Positions 1 to 12,669 of a DNA stretch of 64,000 nucleotides are shown here, in pieces (within the stretch, counting starts at the first letter, position 1; each line of letters opens with the position of its first letter). Location of the stretch: contig OZ024753.1 of assembly GCA_964016885.1 (NCBI GenBank), positions 26,536,001-26,600,000 of the forward strand. The letters run 5' to 3'. This DNA is from Eledone cirrhosa. Taxonomy: Eukaryota. The position numbers were made by a program, and so were the translations under genes. The notes under the pieces were generated by a model. That model was not told the DNA's origin, searched no databases, and saw nothing but the letters and a program-made list of their open reading frames with translations.

Positions 1-1859
1 GTGCCGTTACCTATGTTAGGAGGGTGCCGTTACTTATGTTAGTAGAGTGCCGTTACCTATGGTGGGAGGGTCCCATTTACCTATGCTGGGAGAGTGCCGT
101 TCCCTATGTTGAGGGTGCCGTTACCTATTTTCGGAGAGAGCCGCTACCTATGTTGGGAGTGTGCCGTTACCTATCTTAGTAGGGTGCCATTACAGATGCT
201 GTAAGGGGGCCGTTACCTATGCTGTAAGGGTGCCGTTACCTATGTTGAGAGGGTGCCGTTACCTATGTTGGGAGAGTGCCGTTCCCTATGTTAGGAGGGT
301 GCTGTTACCTATGTTAGGAGAGTGCCGTTACCTATGTTGAGAGGTTGCCGTTACATATGTTGGGAGAGTGCCGTTACCTATGTTGGGAGAGTGCCGTTAC
401 CTATATTAGGAGGGTGCCATTACCTATGTTAGGAGGCTGCCGTTACCTATGTTGGGAGCGTGCCGTTACCTATATTGGGAGAGTGCCATTACCTATGTTA
501 GGAGGGTGCCATTACCTATCTTGTAAGGGTGCCGTTAACTATGTTAGGAGGGTGCCGTTACCTATGTTGGGAGGGTGCCGTTACCTATGTTGGGCGAGTG
601 GCGTTACCAATGTTGGGAGGGTGCCGTTACCTATGTTGGGAGAGTGCCGTTAGCTATGTTAGGAGGGTGGGGTTACCTATGTTGGGAGAGCGCCATTACC
701 TATGTTAGTAGGGTGTCATTACCTATGTTAGGAGGGTGCCATTACCTATGTTGGAATGGTGCCGTTACGTATGTTGGAAGGGTGCCGTTACCTATGTTGG
801 GAGCGTGCCGTTACTTATATTGGGAGAGTGCCATTACCTATTTTAGGAGGGTGCCATTACCTATGTTGGAAGGTTGCCGTTACCTATGTTGCAAGGGTGC
901 CGTTACCTATCTTTGGAGGGTGCTGTTACCTATGATGGAAGGGTGCCCTTACCTATGTTACGAGAATGCCGTTACCTATGTTGGGAGATTGCCGTTAACA
1001 ATACTGGCAGAGTGTCGTTACCTATGTTGGGAGGGTGCCGTTACCTAAGTTGGGAGAGCGCCATCACCTATGTTAGGAGGGTGACGTTACCTATGGTAGG
1101 AGGGTCCCTTTATCTATGTTGGAAGGGTGCCGTTACCTATGTTAGGAGGCTGCCATTACCCTTGTTGGGAGGGTGCCGTTACCTATGTTAGGAGGGTGCC
1201 ATTACCTATGTTGGAAGAGTGCCGTTACCTAATTTGGGAGGGTGCTGTTACCTATGTTAGGAGAGTGCCGTTACCTATTTTGAGAGGGTGCCGTTACATA
1301 TGTTGGGAGGGTGCCGTCACCTATGTTGGGAGACTGCCGTTACCTATGTTAGGAGGGTGCCATTACCTATGTTAGGAGGCTGCCGTTACCTATGTTGGTA
1401 GGGTGCCGTTACCTATGTTGCAAGGGTGTCGTTACCTATGTTTGGATGGTGCCCTTACCTATGTTGGAAGGGTGCCGTTACCTATGTTAGGAGAATGCCG
1501 TTACCTATGTTGGGAGTGTGCCGTTACCTATGGTGGGAGAGTGCCGTTACCTATGTTGGGAGAGTGCCGTTACCTATATTAGGAGGGTGCCATTACCTAT
1601 CTTAGGAGGCTGCCGTTACCTATTTTGGGAGAGTGCCATTACCTATGTTAGGAGTGTGCCATGACCTATGTTAGGAGGGTGCCATTACCTATGTTGGAAG
1701 GGTGCCGCTACCTATGTTGGGAGCGTGCCGTTACCTATATTGGGAGAGTGCCATTACCTATGTTAGGAGGCTGCCATTACCTATGTTGGAAGGGTGCCGT
1801 TACCTATGTTGCAAGGGTCCCGTTACCTATGTTAGGAGAGCGCCACCACCTATGTTAGG

Positions 1860-4800
1860 AGGGTGACATTACCTATGTGGCAGGGGTGCCATTACCTATG
1901 GTAGCAGGGTGCCGTTACCTATGTTGGGAGAGTGCCATTACCTATGTTGTGAGAGTGCCTTTACCTCTGTTAGGATGGTGCCGTTACGTATGTTAGGAGG
2001 GTGCCTTTACCTATGTTGGGAGGGTGCCGTTACCTATGTTGGGAGGGTGCCATTATCTATGTTGGGAGAGTGCCATTACCTATGTTAGGAGGGTGCCGTT
2101 ACCTATGTTAGGAGGGTGCTTTTACCTATGTTGGAAGGGTGCCGTTACCTGTGTTAGGAGGCTGCCATTACCTATGTTGGGATGATGCCGTTACCTATGT
2201 TAGGAGGCTGCCATTACCTATGTTGGAAGGGTGCCGTTACCTGTGTTGGGAGGGTGCTGTTACCTATGTTAGGAGAGTGCCGTTACCTATGTTGAGTGGG
2301 TGCCGTTACCTATGTTGGGCGAGTACCGTTACCTATGTTAGGAGGGTGCGGTTACCTATGTTGGGAGACTGCCGTTACCTATGTTAGGAGGGTGACGTTA
2401 CCTATGTTGGGAGAGTGACATTACCTATGTTAAAACGGTGCCATTACCTATGTTAGGTTGGTGCCATTACCTATGTTGGAAGGGTGCTGTTACCTATGTT
2501 AGGAGGGCGTCGTTGCCTATGTTGGGATGGTACGGTTACCTATATTGGGAGAGTGCCATCACCTATGTTGGGAGGGTGCCGTAACCTATGTCGGGAGGGT
2601 GCCGTTACCTATGTTAGGATGGTGCCATTACGTATGTTGGAAGGGTGCCGTTACCTATGTTAGGAGGGTGCCGTTGCCTATGTTGGGATGGTTCCGTTAC
2701 CTATGTTGGGATGGTGCCATTACCTATGTTAGGAGGGATCCGTTACCTAAGTTGGGAGGGTGCCTTTAACTATGTTCGGAGGGTGCCATTACCTATGTTT
2801 GGAGTGTGCCATTCCCTATGTTGGGAGGGTGCTGTTACCTATGTTGGAGAGTGCCATTACCTATGTTCGGAGGGTGCCGTTACCTATGTTGGGAGGGTGC
2901 CGTTACCTATGTTAGGACGGTGCCATTACCTATGGTAGGATGGTGCCATTAACTATGTTGGAAGGGTGCCGTTACCTATGTTAGGAGGGTGCCGTTGCCT
3001 ATGTTGGGATGGTGCCGTTACCTATGTTGGGATGGTGACATTACCTATGTTGGGAGTGTGTCGTTACCTAAGTTGGGAGAGTGCCATTACCTATGTTGGG
3101 AGGGTGCCTTTACCTATGTTGGGAGAGTGCCATTACCTATGTTGGGAGGTTGCGTTATCTACGTTGGCAGAGTGTCATTACCTATGTTAGGAGGGTGCCG
3201 TTACCTATGTTGGGAGGATGCCGTTACCTATGTCGTTAGAGTGCCATTACCTATGTTAGGAGGGTGCCGTTACCTATGTTGGGAGAGTGCCATTACCTAT
3301 CTTAGAAGGGTGCCGTTACCTATGTTAGGAGGGTGCCTTTGCCTGTGTCAGAAGGGTGCCGTTACCTATGTTAGGACGGTGACGTTACCTATGTTGGGAG
3401 AGTGCCATTACCTAAGTTAGGAGGGTGCCGTTACCTATGTTGAGTGAATGCCGTTACCTATGTTGGGAGGGTGCCGGTACCTATGTTGGGAGAGTACCAT
3501 TACCTATGTTGGGAGGATGCCATTACCTATGTTGGGAGATTGCCATTATCTATGTTAGGAGGGTGCCGTTACCTATGTTGGAAGGGTGGCATTACCTATG
3601 TTGGGAGAGGTCCATTACCTATGTTGGGAGAGTGCCGTTAGCTATGTTAGGAGGGTGTCGTTACCTATTTTAGGAGGGTGGGGTTACCTATGTTGGGAGA
3701 GTGCCATTACCTATGTTATCAGGGTGTCATTACCTATGTTAGGAGGGTGCCATTACCTATGTTGAAAGGGTGCCGTTACCTATGTTAGGAGGGTGCCGTT
3801 ACCTATGTTGGCAGGGTGCCGTTACCTATGCTGCGAGAGTGACATTACCTATGTTAGGAGGGTGCCGTTACCTATGTTGGCAGGGTGCCGTTACCTATGC
3901 TGGGAGAGTGACATTACCTATGTTAGGAGGGTGCCGTTACCTATGTTAGGAGGGTGCCTTTACCTATGTTGGAAGGGTGCCGTTACCTATGTTGGGAGGG
4001 TGCTGTTACCTATGTTGGGAGGGTGTCTTTACCTATGTTGGGAGAGTACCGTTACCAATGTTAGGAGGGTGCGGTTACGTATGTTGGGAGACTGCCGTTA
4101 CCTATGTTAGGAGGGTGCCGTTACCTATGTTGGGAGAGTGCCATTATCTATGTTAAAACGGTGCCATTACCTATGTTAGTTTGGTGCCATTACCTATGTT
4201 GGAAGGGTGCTGTTAGCTATGTTAGGAGGGTGCCGTTGCAATTGTTGGGATGGTACCGTTACATATGTTGGTATGATGCCGTTACCTATGTTGGGAGAGT
4301 GCCATTACCTATGTTACGAGGGTGCCGTTACCTATGTTAGGAGGGTGCCATTACCTATGTTAGGAGGGTGACATTACCTATGTTGCAAGGGTGCCATTAC
4401 CTATGGTAGCAGGGTGCCGTTACCTATGTTGGGAGAGTGCCATTACCTATGTTGGGAGAGTGCCTTTACCTCTGTTAGGATGGTGCCGTTACGTATGTTA
4501 GGAGGGTGCCTTTACCTATGTTGGGAGGGTGCCGTTACCTATGTTAGGAGGGTGCCATTACCTATGTTGGAAGGGTGCCGTTACCTATTTTAGGAGGGTG
4601 CCGTTACCTATGTTGGGAGGGTGCCGTTATCTATCTTGGGAGAGTGCCATTACCTATGTTAGGAGCGTGCCGTTACCTATGTTAGGAGGGTGCTTTTACC
4701 TATGTTGGAAGGGTGCCGTTACCTGTGTTAGGAGGCTGCCATTACCTATGTTGGGATGATGCCGTTACCTATGTTAGGAGGCTGCCATTACCTATGTTGG

Positions 4801-6350
4801 AAGGGTGCCGTTACCTGTGTTGGGAGGGTGCTGTTACCTATGTTAGGAGAGTGCCGTTACCTATGTTGAGAGGGTGCCGTTACCTATGTTGGGAGAGTAC
4901 CGTTACCTATGTTAGGAGGGTGCGGTTACCTATGTTGGGAGACTGCCGTTACCTATGTTAGGAGGGTGCCGTTACCTATGTTGGGAGAGTGACATTACCT
5001 ATGTTAAAACGGTGCCATTACCTATGTTAGGTTGGTGCCATTACCTATGTTGGAAGGGTGCTGTTACCTATGTTAGGAGGGCGTCGTTGCCTATGTTGGG
5101 ATGGTACGGTTACCTATGTTGGGAGAGTGCCATCACCTATGTTGGGAGGGTGCCGTAACCTATGTCGGGAGGTTGCCGTTACCTATGTTAGGATGGTGCC
5201 ATTACGTATGTTGGAAGGGTGCCGTTATCTATGTTAGGAGGGTGCCGTTGCCTATGTTGGGATGGTGCCGTTACCTATGTTGGGATGGTGCCATTACCTA
5301 TGTTAGGAGGGAGCCGTTACCTAAGTTGGGAGGGTGCCTTTAACTATGTTCGGAGGGTGCCATTACCTATGTTGGGAGTGTGCCATTACCTATGTTGGGA
5401 GGTGCCGTTACCTATGTTGGGTGAGTGCCATTACCTATGTTCGGAGGGTGCCGTTACCTATGTTAGGAGGGTGCCGTTGCCTATGTTGGGATGGTGCCGT
5501 TACCTATGTTGGGATGGTGCCATTACCTATGTTAGGAGGGATCCGTTACCTAAGTTGGGAGGGTGCCTTTAACTATGTTCGGAGGGTGCCATTACCTATG
5601 TTGGGAGTGTGCCATTACCTATGTTGGGAGGGTGCCGTTACCTATGTTGGGAGAGTGCCATTACCTATGTTCGGAGGGTGCCGTTACCTATGTTGGGAGG
5701 GTGCCGTTACCTATGTTAGGACGGTGCCATTACCTATGGTAGGATGGTGCCATTAACTATGTTGGAAGGGTGCCGTTACCTATGTTAGGAGGGTGCCGTT
5801 GCCTATGTTGGGATGGTGCCGTTACCTATGTTGGGATGGTGACATTACCTATGTTGGGAGTGTGTCGTTACCTAAGTTGGGAGAGTGACATTACCTATGT
5901 TGGGAGGGTGCCTTTACCTATGTTGGGAGAGTGCCATTACCTATATTGGGAGGTTGCGTTATCTACGTTGGCAGAGTGTCATTACCTATGTTAGGATGGT
6001 GCCGTTACCTATGTTGGGAGGGGGCCGTTACCTATGTTGTTAGAGTGCCATTACCTATGTTAGGAGGGTGCCGTTACCTATGTTGGGAGAGTGCCATAAC
6101 CTATCTTAGAAGGGTGCCGTTACCTATGTTAGCAGGGTGCCATTACCTATCTTAGAAGGGTGCCGTTACCTATGTTAGGAGGGTGCCTTTGCCTGTGTCA
6201 GAAGGGTGCCGTTACCTATGTTAGGACGGTGACGCTACCTATGTTGGGAGAGTGCCATTACCTAAGTTAGGAGGGTGCCGTTACCTATGTTGAGTGAATG
6301 CCGTAACCTATGTTGGGAGGGTGCCGGTACCTATGTTGGGAGAGTGCCAT
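1860..6350 (+). repeat. Higher-order duplication in the 23-bp satellite: ~1860-3500 repeated at ~4365-6350
   Basis: Rare variants occur in the same order in both copies: gtgacatt...ggtagcagg (1863/4368), taaaacgg (2431/5005), tgagtgaatg (3441/6291). Near-identical ORF pairs 2139/4713, 2527/5101, 2645/5219 (offset 2574) and 2966/5770 (offset 2804). Confidence 0.85.
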
Positions 6351-9300
6351 TACCTATGTTAGGAGGGTGCAATTACCTATGTTGGGAGGGAGCCTTTACC
6401 TATGTTGGAAGCATGCCGTTACATATGTTGGGAGGGTGCCGTTGCCTATGTTAGGAGGGTGGCATTACCTTTATTGGAAGGGTGCCGTTACCTATGTTGG
6501 GAGGGTGCTGTTACCTATGTTAGGAGAGTGCCGTTACCTATGTTGAGAGGGTGCCGTTACCTATGTTGGGAGATTGCCGTTACCTATGTTGGGAGAGTGC
6601 CGTTACCTATGTTAGGAGGGTGCCATTACCTATGTTAGGAGGCTTCCGTTACCTATTTTGGGAGAGTGCCATTACCTATGTTAGATGGGTGCCGTTACCT
6701 ATGTTAGGAGGGTGCCGTTACCTATGTTAGGAGAGTGCCGTTACCTATGCTGGGAGAGTGCCGTTACCTATGTTGAGGGTGCCGTTACCTATGTTGGGAG
6801 TGTGCCGTTACCTATGTTAGGAGGGTGCCATTACCTATGTTGTAAGGGTGCCGTTACCTATGTTAGGACGGTGCCGTTACCTATTTTGGGGGAGTGCCGT
6901 TAGCTATGTTAGGATGGTGCCGTTACCTATGTTGGGAGAGTGCCGTTACCTATGTTGGGAGGGTTCCGTTACCTATGTTGGGAGAGTGCCGTTACCTATG
7001 TTGGGAGGGTGCCGTTACCTATGTTGGGAGAGTGCCGTTACCTATGTTAGGAGGGTGTCGTTACATATGTTAGGAGGGTGGGGTTACCTATGTTGGGAGA
7101 GTGCCATTACCTATGTTATCAGGGTGTCATTACCTATGTTAGGAGACTGCCTTTACCTATGTTGGAAGGGTGCCGTTACCTATGTTAAGAGGTTGCCGGT
7201 ACCTATGTTGGGAGGGTGCCGTTACCTACGTTAGGAGGGTGCCATTACCTATGTAAGGAGAGTGGGTTACCTATGTTGGGAGGGTGCCGTTGCCTATGTT
7301 GGGAGATTGCCGTTATCTATGTTGGGAGAGTGCCATTACCTATGTTAGGAGGGTGCCGTTACCTATGTTAGGAGCGTGCCGTTGCCTATGTAGGGAGAGT
7401 GCCAGTACCTATGTTGGGACGGTTCCGTTACCTATGTTGGGAGAGTGCCAGTACCTATGTTGGGAGGGTGCCGTTACCTATGTTGGGAGAGTGCCATTAT
7501 CTATGTTATGAGGGTGCCGTAACCTATGTTAGGAGGGTGCCATTACCTAAGTTGTGAGGGTGCCATTACCCATGTTGGAAGGGTTCCATTACCTACGTTA
7601 GGAAGGTGGATTTACCTATGTTGGGAGGGTGCCATTACCTATGTAGAGGAGGGTGCCGTTACCTATGTTAGGAGGCTGCCATTACCTATGTTGGAAGGGT
7701 GCCGTTACCTATGTTGGGAAGGTGCTGTTACCTATGTTAGGAGAGTGCAGTTACCTATGTTGAGAGGTTGCCGTTACCTATGTTGGGAGAGTACCGTTAC
7801 CTATGTTAGGAGGGTGCGGTTACCTCTGTTGTGAGACTGCCGTTACCTATGTTAGGAGGGTGCCGTTACCTATGTTGGGAGAGTGACATTACCTATGTTA
7901 AAACGGTGCCATTACCTATGTTAGGTTGGTGCCATTACCTATGTTGGGAGAGTGCCATCACCTATGTTGGGAGGGTGCCGTAACCTATGTCGGGAGGGTG
8001 CCGTTACCTATGTTAGGACGGTGCCATTACCTATGTTAGGATGGTGCCGTTGCATATGTTGGGATGGTGCCGTTACCTATGTTGGGATGGTGCCGTTACC
8101 TATGTTAGGAGGGAGCCGTTACCTAAGTTTGGTGGGTTCCTTTAACTATGTTCGGAGGGTGCCATTACCTATGTTGGGAGTGTGCCATTACCTATGCTGG
8201 GAGGGTGCCGTTACCTATGTTGGGAGAGTGCCATTACCTATGGTGGGAGGGTGCCATTGCTTATGTTGGGAGAGTGCCATTACCTATGTTGGAAGGGTTC
8301 CATTACCTACGTTAGGAGGGTGCCATTACCTATGTTGGGAGGGTGCCGTTACCTATGGTGGGAGGGTGCCGTTACCTATGTTGGGAGAGTGCCGTTACCT
8401 ATGTTGGGAGTGTGGCATTACCTATGTAAGAAGGGTGCCATTACCTATGTTAGGAGGGTGTCATTACCTATGTTAGGAGGGTGCCTTTACCTATGCTGGG
8501 AGGGTGCTGTTACCTATGTTGGGAGAGTACCGTTACCTATGTTAGGAGGGTGCCTTTACCTATGTTGGGAGGGTGCCGTTAACTATGTTGGGAGAGTGCC
8601 ATTACCTATGTTAGGAGGGATCAGTTACCTATGTTGGGAGACTGCCGTTGCCTATGTTGGGATGGTGCCGTTACCTATGTTGGGAGAGTGCCATTACCTA
8701 TGTTCAGAGGGTGCCGTTACCTATGTTGGGAGGGTGCCGTTACCTATGTTAGGACGGTGCCATTACCTATGGTAGGATGGTGCCATTAACTATGTTGGAA
8801 GGGTGCCATTACCTATGTTAGGAGGGTGCCGTTGCCTATGTTGGGATGGTGACGTTACCTATCTTGGGATGGTGACATTACCTATGTTGGGAGTGTGTCG
8901 TTGCCTAAGTTGGGAGAGTGCCCTTACCTATGTTAGGAGGGTGTCGTTACCTATGTTGGGAGAGTGCCATTACCTATATTGGGAGGTTGCGTTATCTATG
9001 TTGGCAGAGTGTCATTACCTATGTTAGCAGGGTGCCGTTACCTATGTTAGGAGGGTGCCGTTACCTATGTTGGAAGAGTGGCATTACCTATGTTAGGAGA
9101 ATGCCATTACCTATGTTGGGAGAGTGCCGTTAGCTATGTTAGGAGGGTGTCGTTACCTATGTTAGGAGGGTGGGTTACCTATGTTGGGAGAGTGCCATTA
9201 CCTATGTTATCAGGGTGTCATTACCTATGTTAGGAGGGTGCCATTACCTATGTTGGAAGGGTGCCGTTACCTCTGTTGGGAGAGTGCCATTACCTATGTT

Positions 9301-12300
9301 AGGAGGGTGCCGTTACCTATGTTAGGAGGGTGCCTTTACCTATGTTGGTAGGATGCCGTTACCTATGTTGGGAGGGTGGGTTACCTATGTTAGGAGAGTG
9401 CCGTTACCTATGTTGAGAGGGTGCCGTTACCTATGTTGGGAGAGTACCGTTACCTATGTTAGGAGAGTGCGGTTACCTATGTTGGGAGACTGCCGTTACC
9501 TATGTTAGGAGGTTGCCGTTACCTATGTTGGGAGAGTGCCATTACCTATGTTAAAACGGTGCCATTACCTATGTTAGGCTGGTGCCATTACCTATGTTGG
9601 AAGGGTGCTGTTACCTATGTTAGGAGGGTGCCGTTGCCTATGTTGGGATGGTACCGTTACCTATGTTAGGACGGTGCCATTACCTATGTTAGGATAGTGC
9701 CGTAACCTATGTCGGCAGGGTGCCGTTGCCTATGTTAGGACGGTGCCATTACCTATGTTAGGATGGTGCCATTACGTATTTTGGAAGAGTGCCGTTACCT
9801 ATGTTAGGAGGGTGCCGTTGCCTATGTTGGGATAGTGCCGTTACCTATGTTGGGATGGTGCCTTTACCTATGTTAGGAGGGAGCCGTTACCTAAGTTGGG
9901 AGGGTGCCTTTAACTATGTTCGGAGGGTGCCGTTACCTATGTTGGGAGAGTGCCATTACCTATGATGGGAGGGTGTCATTGCTTATGTTGGGAGTGTGCC
10001 ATTACCTATGTTGGAAGGGTTCCATTACCTACGTTAGGAGGGTGCCATTACCTATGTTGGGAGGGTGCCGTTACCTATGGTGGGAGGGTGCCGTTACCTA
10101 TGTTGGGAGAGTGCCGTTACCTATGTTGGGAGAGTGCTGTTACCTATGATAAGAGGGTGCCGTTACCTATGTTGGAAGAGTGCCATTATCTATGTTAGGA
10201 GGGTGCCATTACCTATGTTAAGAGGGTGTCATTACATATGTTGGAAGGCTGCCCTTCCTATGGTAGCAGGGTGCCGTTACCTATTTTGGGAGAGTGCCAT
10301 TACCTATGTTGGGAGAGTGTCATTACCTATCTTAGGAAGGTGCCGTTACCTATGTTAGGAGGGTGCCTTTACCTATGTTGGGAGGGTGCTGTTACCTATG
10401 TGGGAGAGTACCATTACCTATGTTGGGAGGGGGCCGTTACCTATGTTGGGAGGTTGCCGTTTCCTGTTGGGATATTGCCGTTACCTAAGTTGGGAGAGTG
10501 CCATCACTTATGTTGGGTGGTTGCCGTTACCTATGTTAGAAGGGTGATGTTACCTATGTTGGGAGAGTACCGTTACCTATGTTAGGAGGGTGCCTTTACC
10601 TATGTTGGGAGGTTGCCGTTAACTATGTTGGGAGACTGCCATTACCTATGTTAGGAGGGTGCCGTTACCTATGTTGGGAGAGTACCGTTACCTATGTTAG
10701 GAGGGATCGGTTACCTATGTTGGGAGACTGCCGTTACCTATGTTAGGAGGGTGCCGTTACCTATGTTGGGAGAGTGCCATTACCTATGTTGAAAGGGTGC
10801 CGTTACCTATATTAGGAGGGTGCCGTTGCCTATGTTGGGATGGTGCCGTTACCTATATTGGGAGAGTGCCATTACCTATGTTGGCAGAGTGCCGTTACCT
10901 ATGTTGGGAGGGTGCCGTTACCTATGTTAGGACGGTGCCATTACCTATGGTAGGATGGTGCCATTAACTATGTTGGAAGGGTGCCGTTACCTATGTTAGT
11001 AGGGTGCCGTTGCCTATGTTGGGATGGTGCCATTATCTATGTTGGGAGTGTGTCTTTACCTAAGTTGGGAGAGTCCCGTTACCTATGTTGGGAGGGTGCC
11101 GTTACCTATGTTGGGAGAGTGCCATTACCTATGTTGGGAGGGTGCGTTATCTATGTTGGGAGAGTGCCGTTAGCTATGTTAGGAGGGTGCCGTTACCTAT
11201 GTTGGGAGATTGCCAGTACCTATGTTGGGAGAGTTCCGTTACCTATGCTGGGAGCGTGCCGTTACCTATGTTGGGAGACTGCCGTTACCTATGTTGTGAG
11301 GATGCCGTTACCTATGTTAGGAGGCTGCCATTACCTATGTTGGGAGGGTGCCGTTACCTATGTTAGGAGGGTGCCATTACCTATGCTGGAAGGGTGCCGT
11401 TACCTATGTTGGGAGCGTGCCGTTACCTATATTGGGAGAGTGCCATTACCTATGTTAGGAGGGTGCCATTACCTATGTTGGAATGGTGCCGTTACCTATG
11501 TTAGGAGGGTGCCGTTATCTATGTTGAGAGGGTGCCGTTATCTATGTTGAGAGGGTGCCGTTACCTATGTTGGGAGAGTGCCGTTACCTATGTTAGGAGG
11601 GTGCCATTACGTATGTTAGGAGGCTGCCGTTACCTATTTTGGGAGAGTGCCATTAACTATGTTAGGAGGGTGCCATTACCTATGTTAGGAGGGTGCCATT
11701 TCCTATGTTGGAAGGGAGCCGTTACCTATGTTGGGAGCGTGCCGTTCCCTATGTTGCAAGGGTGCCGTTACCTATGTTTGGAGGGTTCCATTACCTATGT
11801 TGGAAGGGTGACATTACGTATGTTGGGAGTGTGCCGTTTCTATGTTTGGAGGGTGCCGTTACCTATGTTTGGAGGGTGTCATTACCTATCTTAGGAGGGT
11901 GCCAGTACCTATGTTGGAAGGGTACAATTACCTATGTTGGAAGGATGCCAATACCTACATTCGGAGGGTGCCATTACCCATGTTGGGAGAGTGCCATTAC
12001 CAATGTTAAGAGGGTGCCGTTACCTATGTTGGGAGGGTGCCGTAACCTATGTTGGGAGAGTGCCATTACCTATGTTACGTGGGTGCCGTTACCTATGTTG
12101 GCAGAGTGTCATTACCTATCTTAGGAGGGTGCCGATACCTATGTTAGGAGGCTGCCATTACCTATGTTGGAAGGGTGCCATTACCTATGTTGGAAGGGTG
12201 CCAATACCTACATTAGGAGGGTGCCATTACCCATGTTGGGAGGGTGCCATTACCTATGATGGGAGGGTGCCGTTACCTATGTTAGAAGAGCGCCGTTACC

Positions 12301-12669
12301 TATGTTGGGAGCGTGCCGTTACCTATGTTGGGAGATTGCCGTTACCTATGTTATGAGGGTGATGTTACCTATGTTAGGAGGGTGCTGTTACCTATGTTGG
12401 GAGAGTGCCATTACCTATGTTGGGAGGGTGGCGTTACCTATGTTGGGAGAGTGCCATTACCTATTTTATGAGGGTGCCGTTGCCTATGTTAGGAGGGTAC
12501 CATTACCTACATTAGGAGGGTGCCATTACCTATGTTGGGAGAGTGCTATTACCTATGTTGGGAGAGTGCTATTACCTATGTTAGGAGGGTGCCGTTACTT
12601 ATGTATGGATGGTGGCATTACCTATTTTAGGAGGGTGCCGTTACCTATGTTAGGAGGTTGCCATTACCT

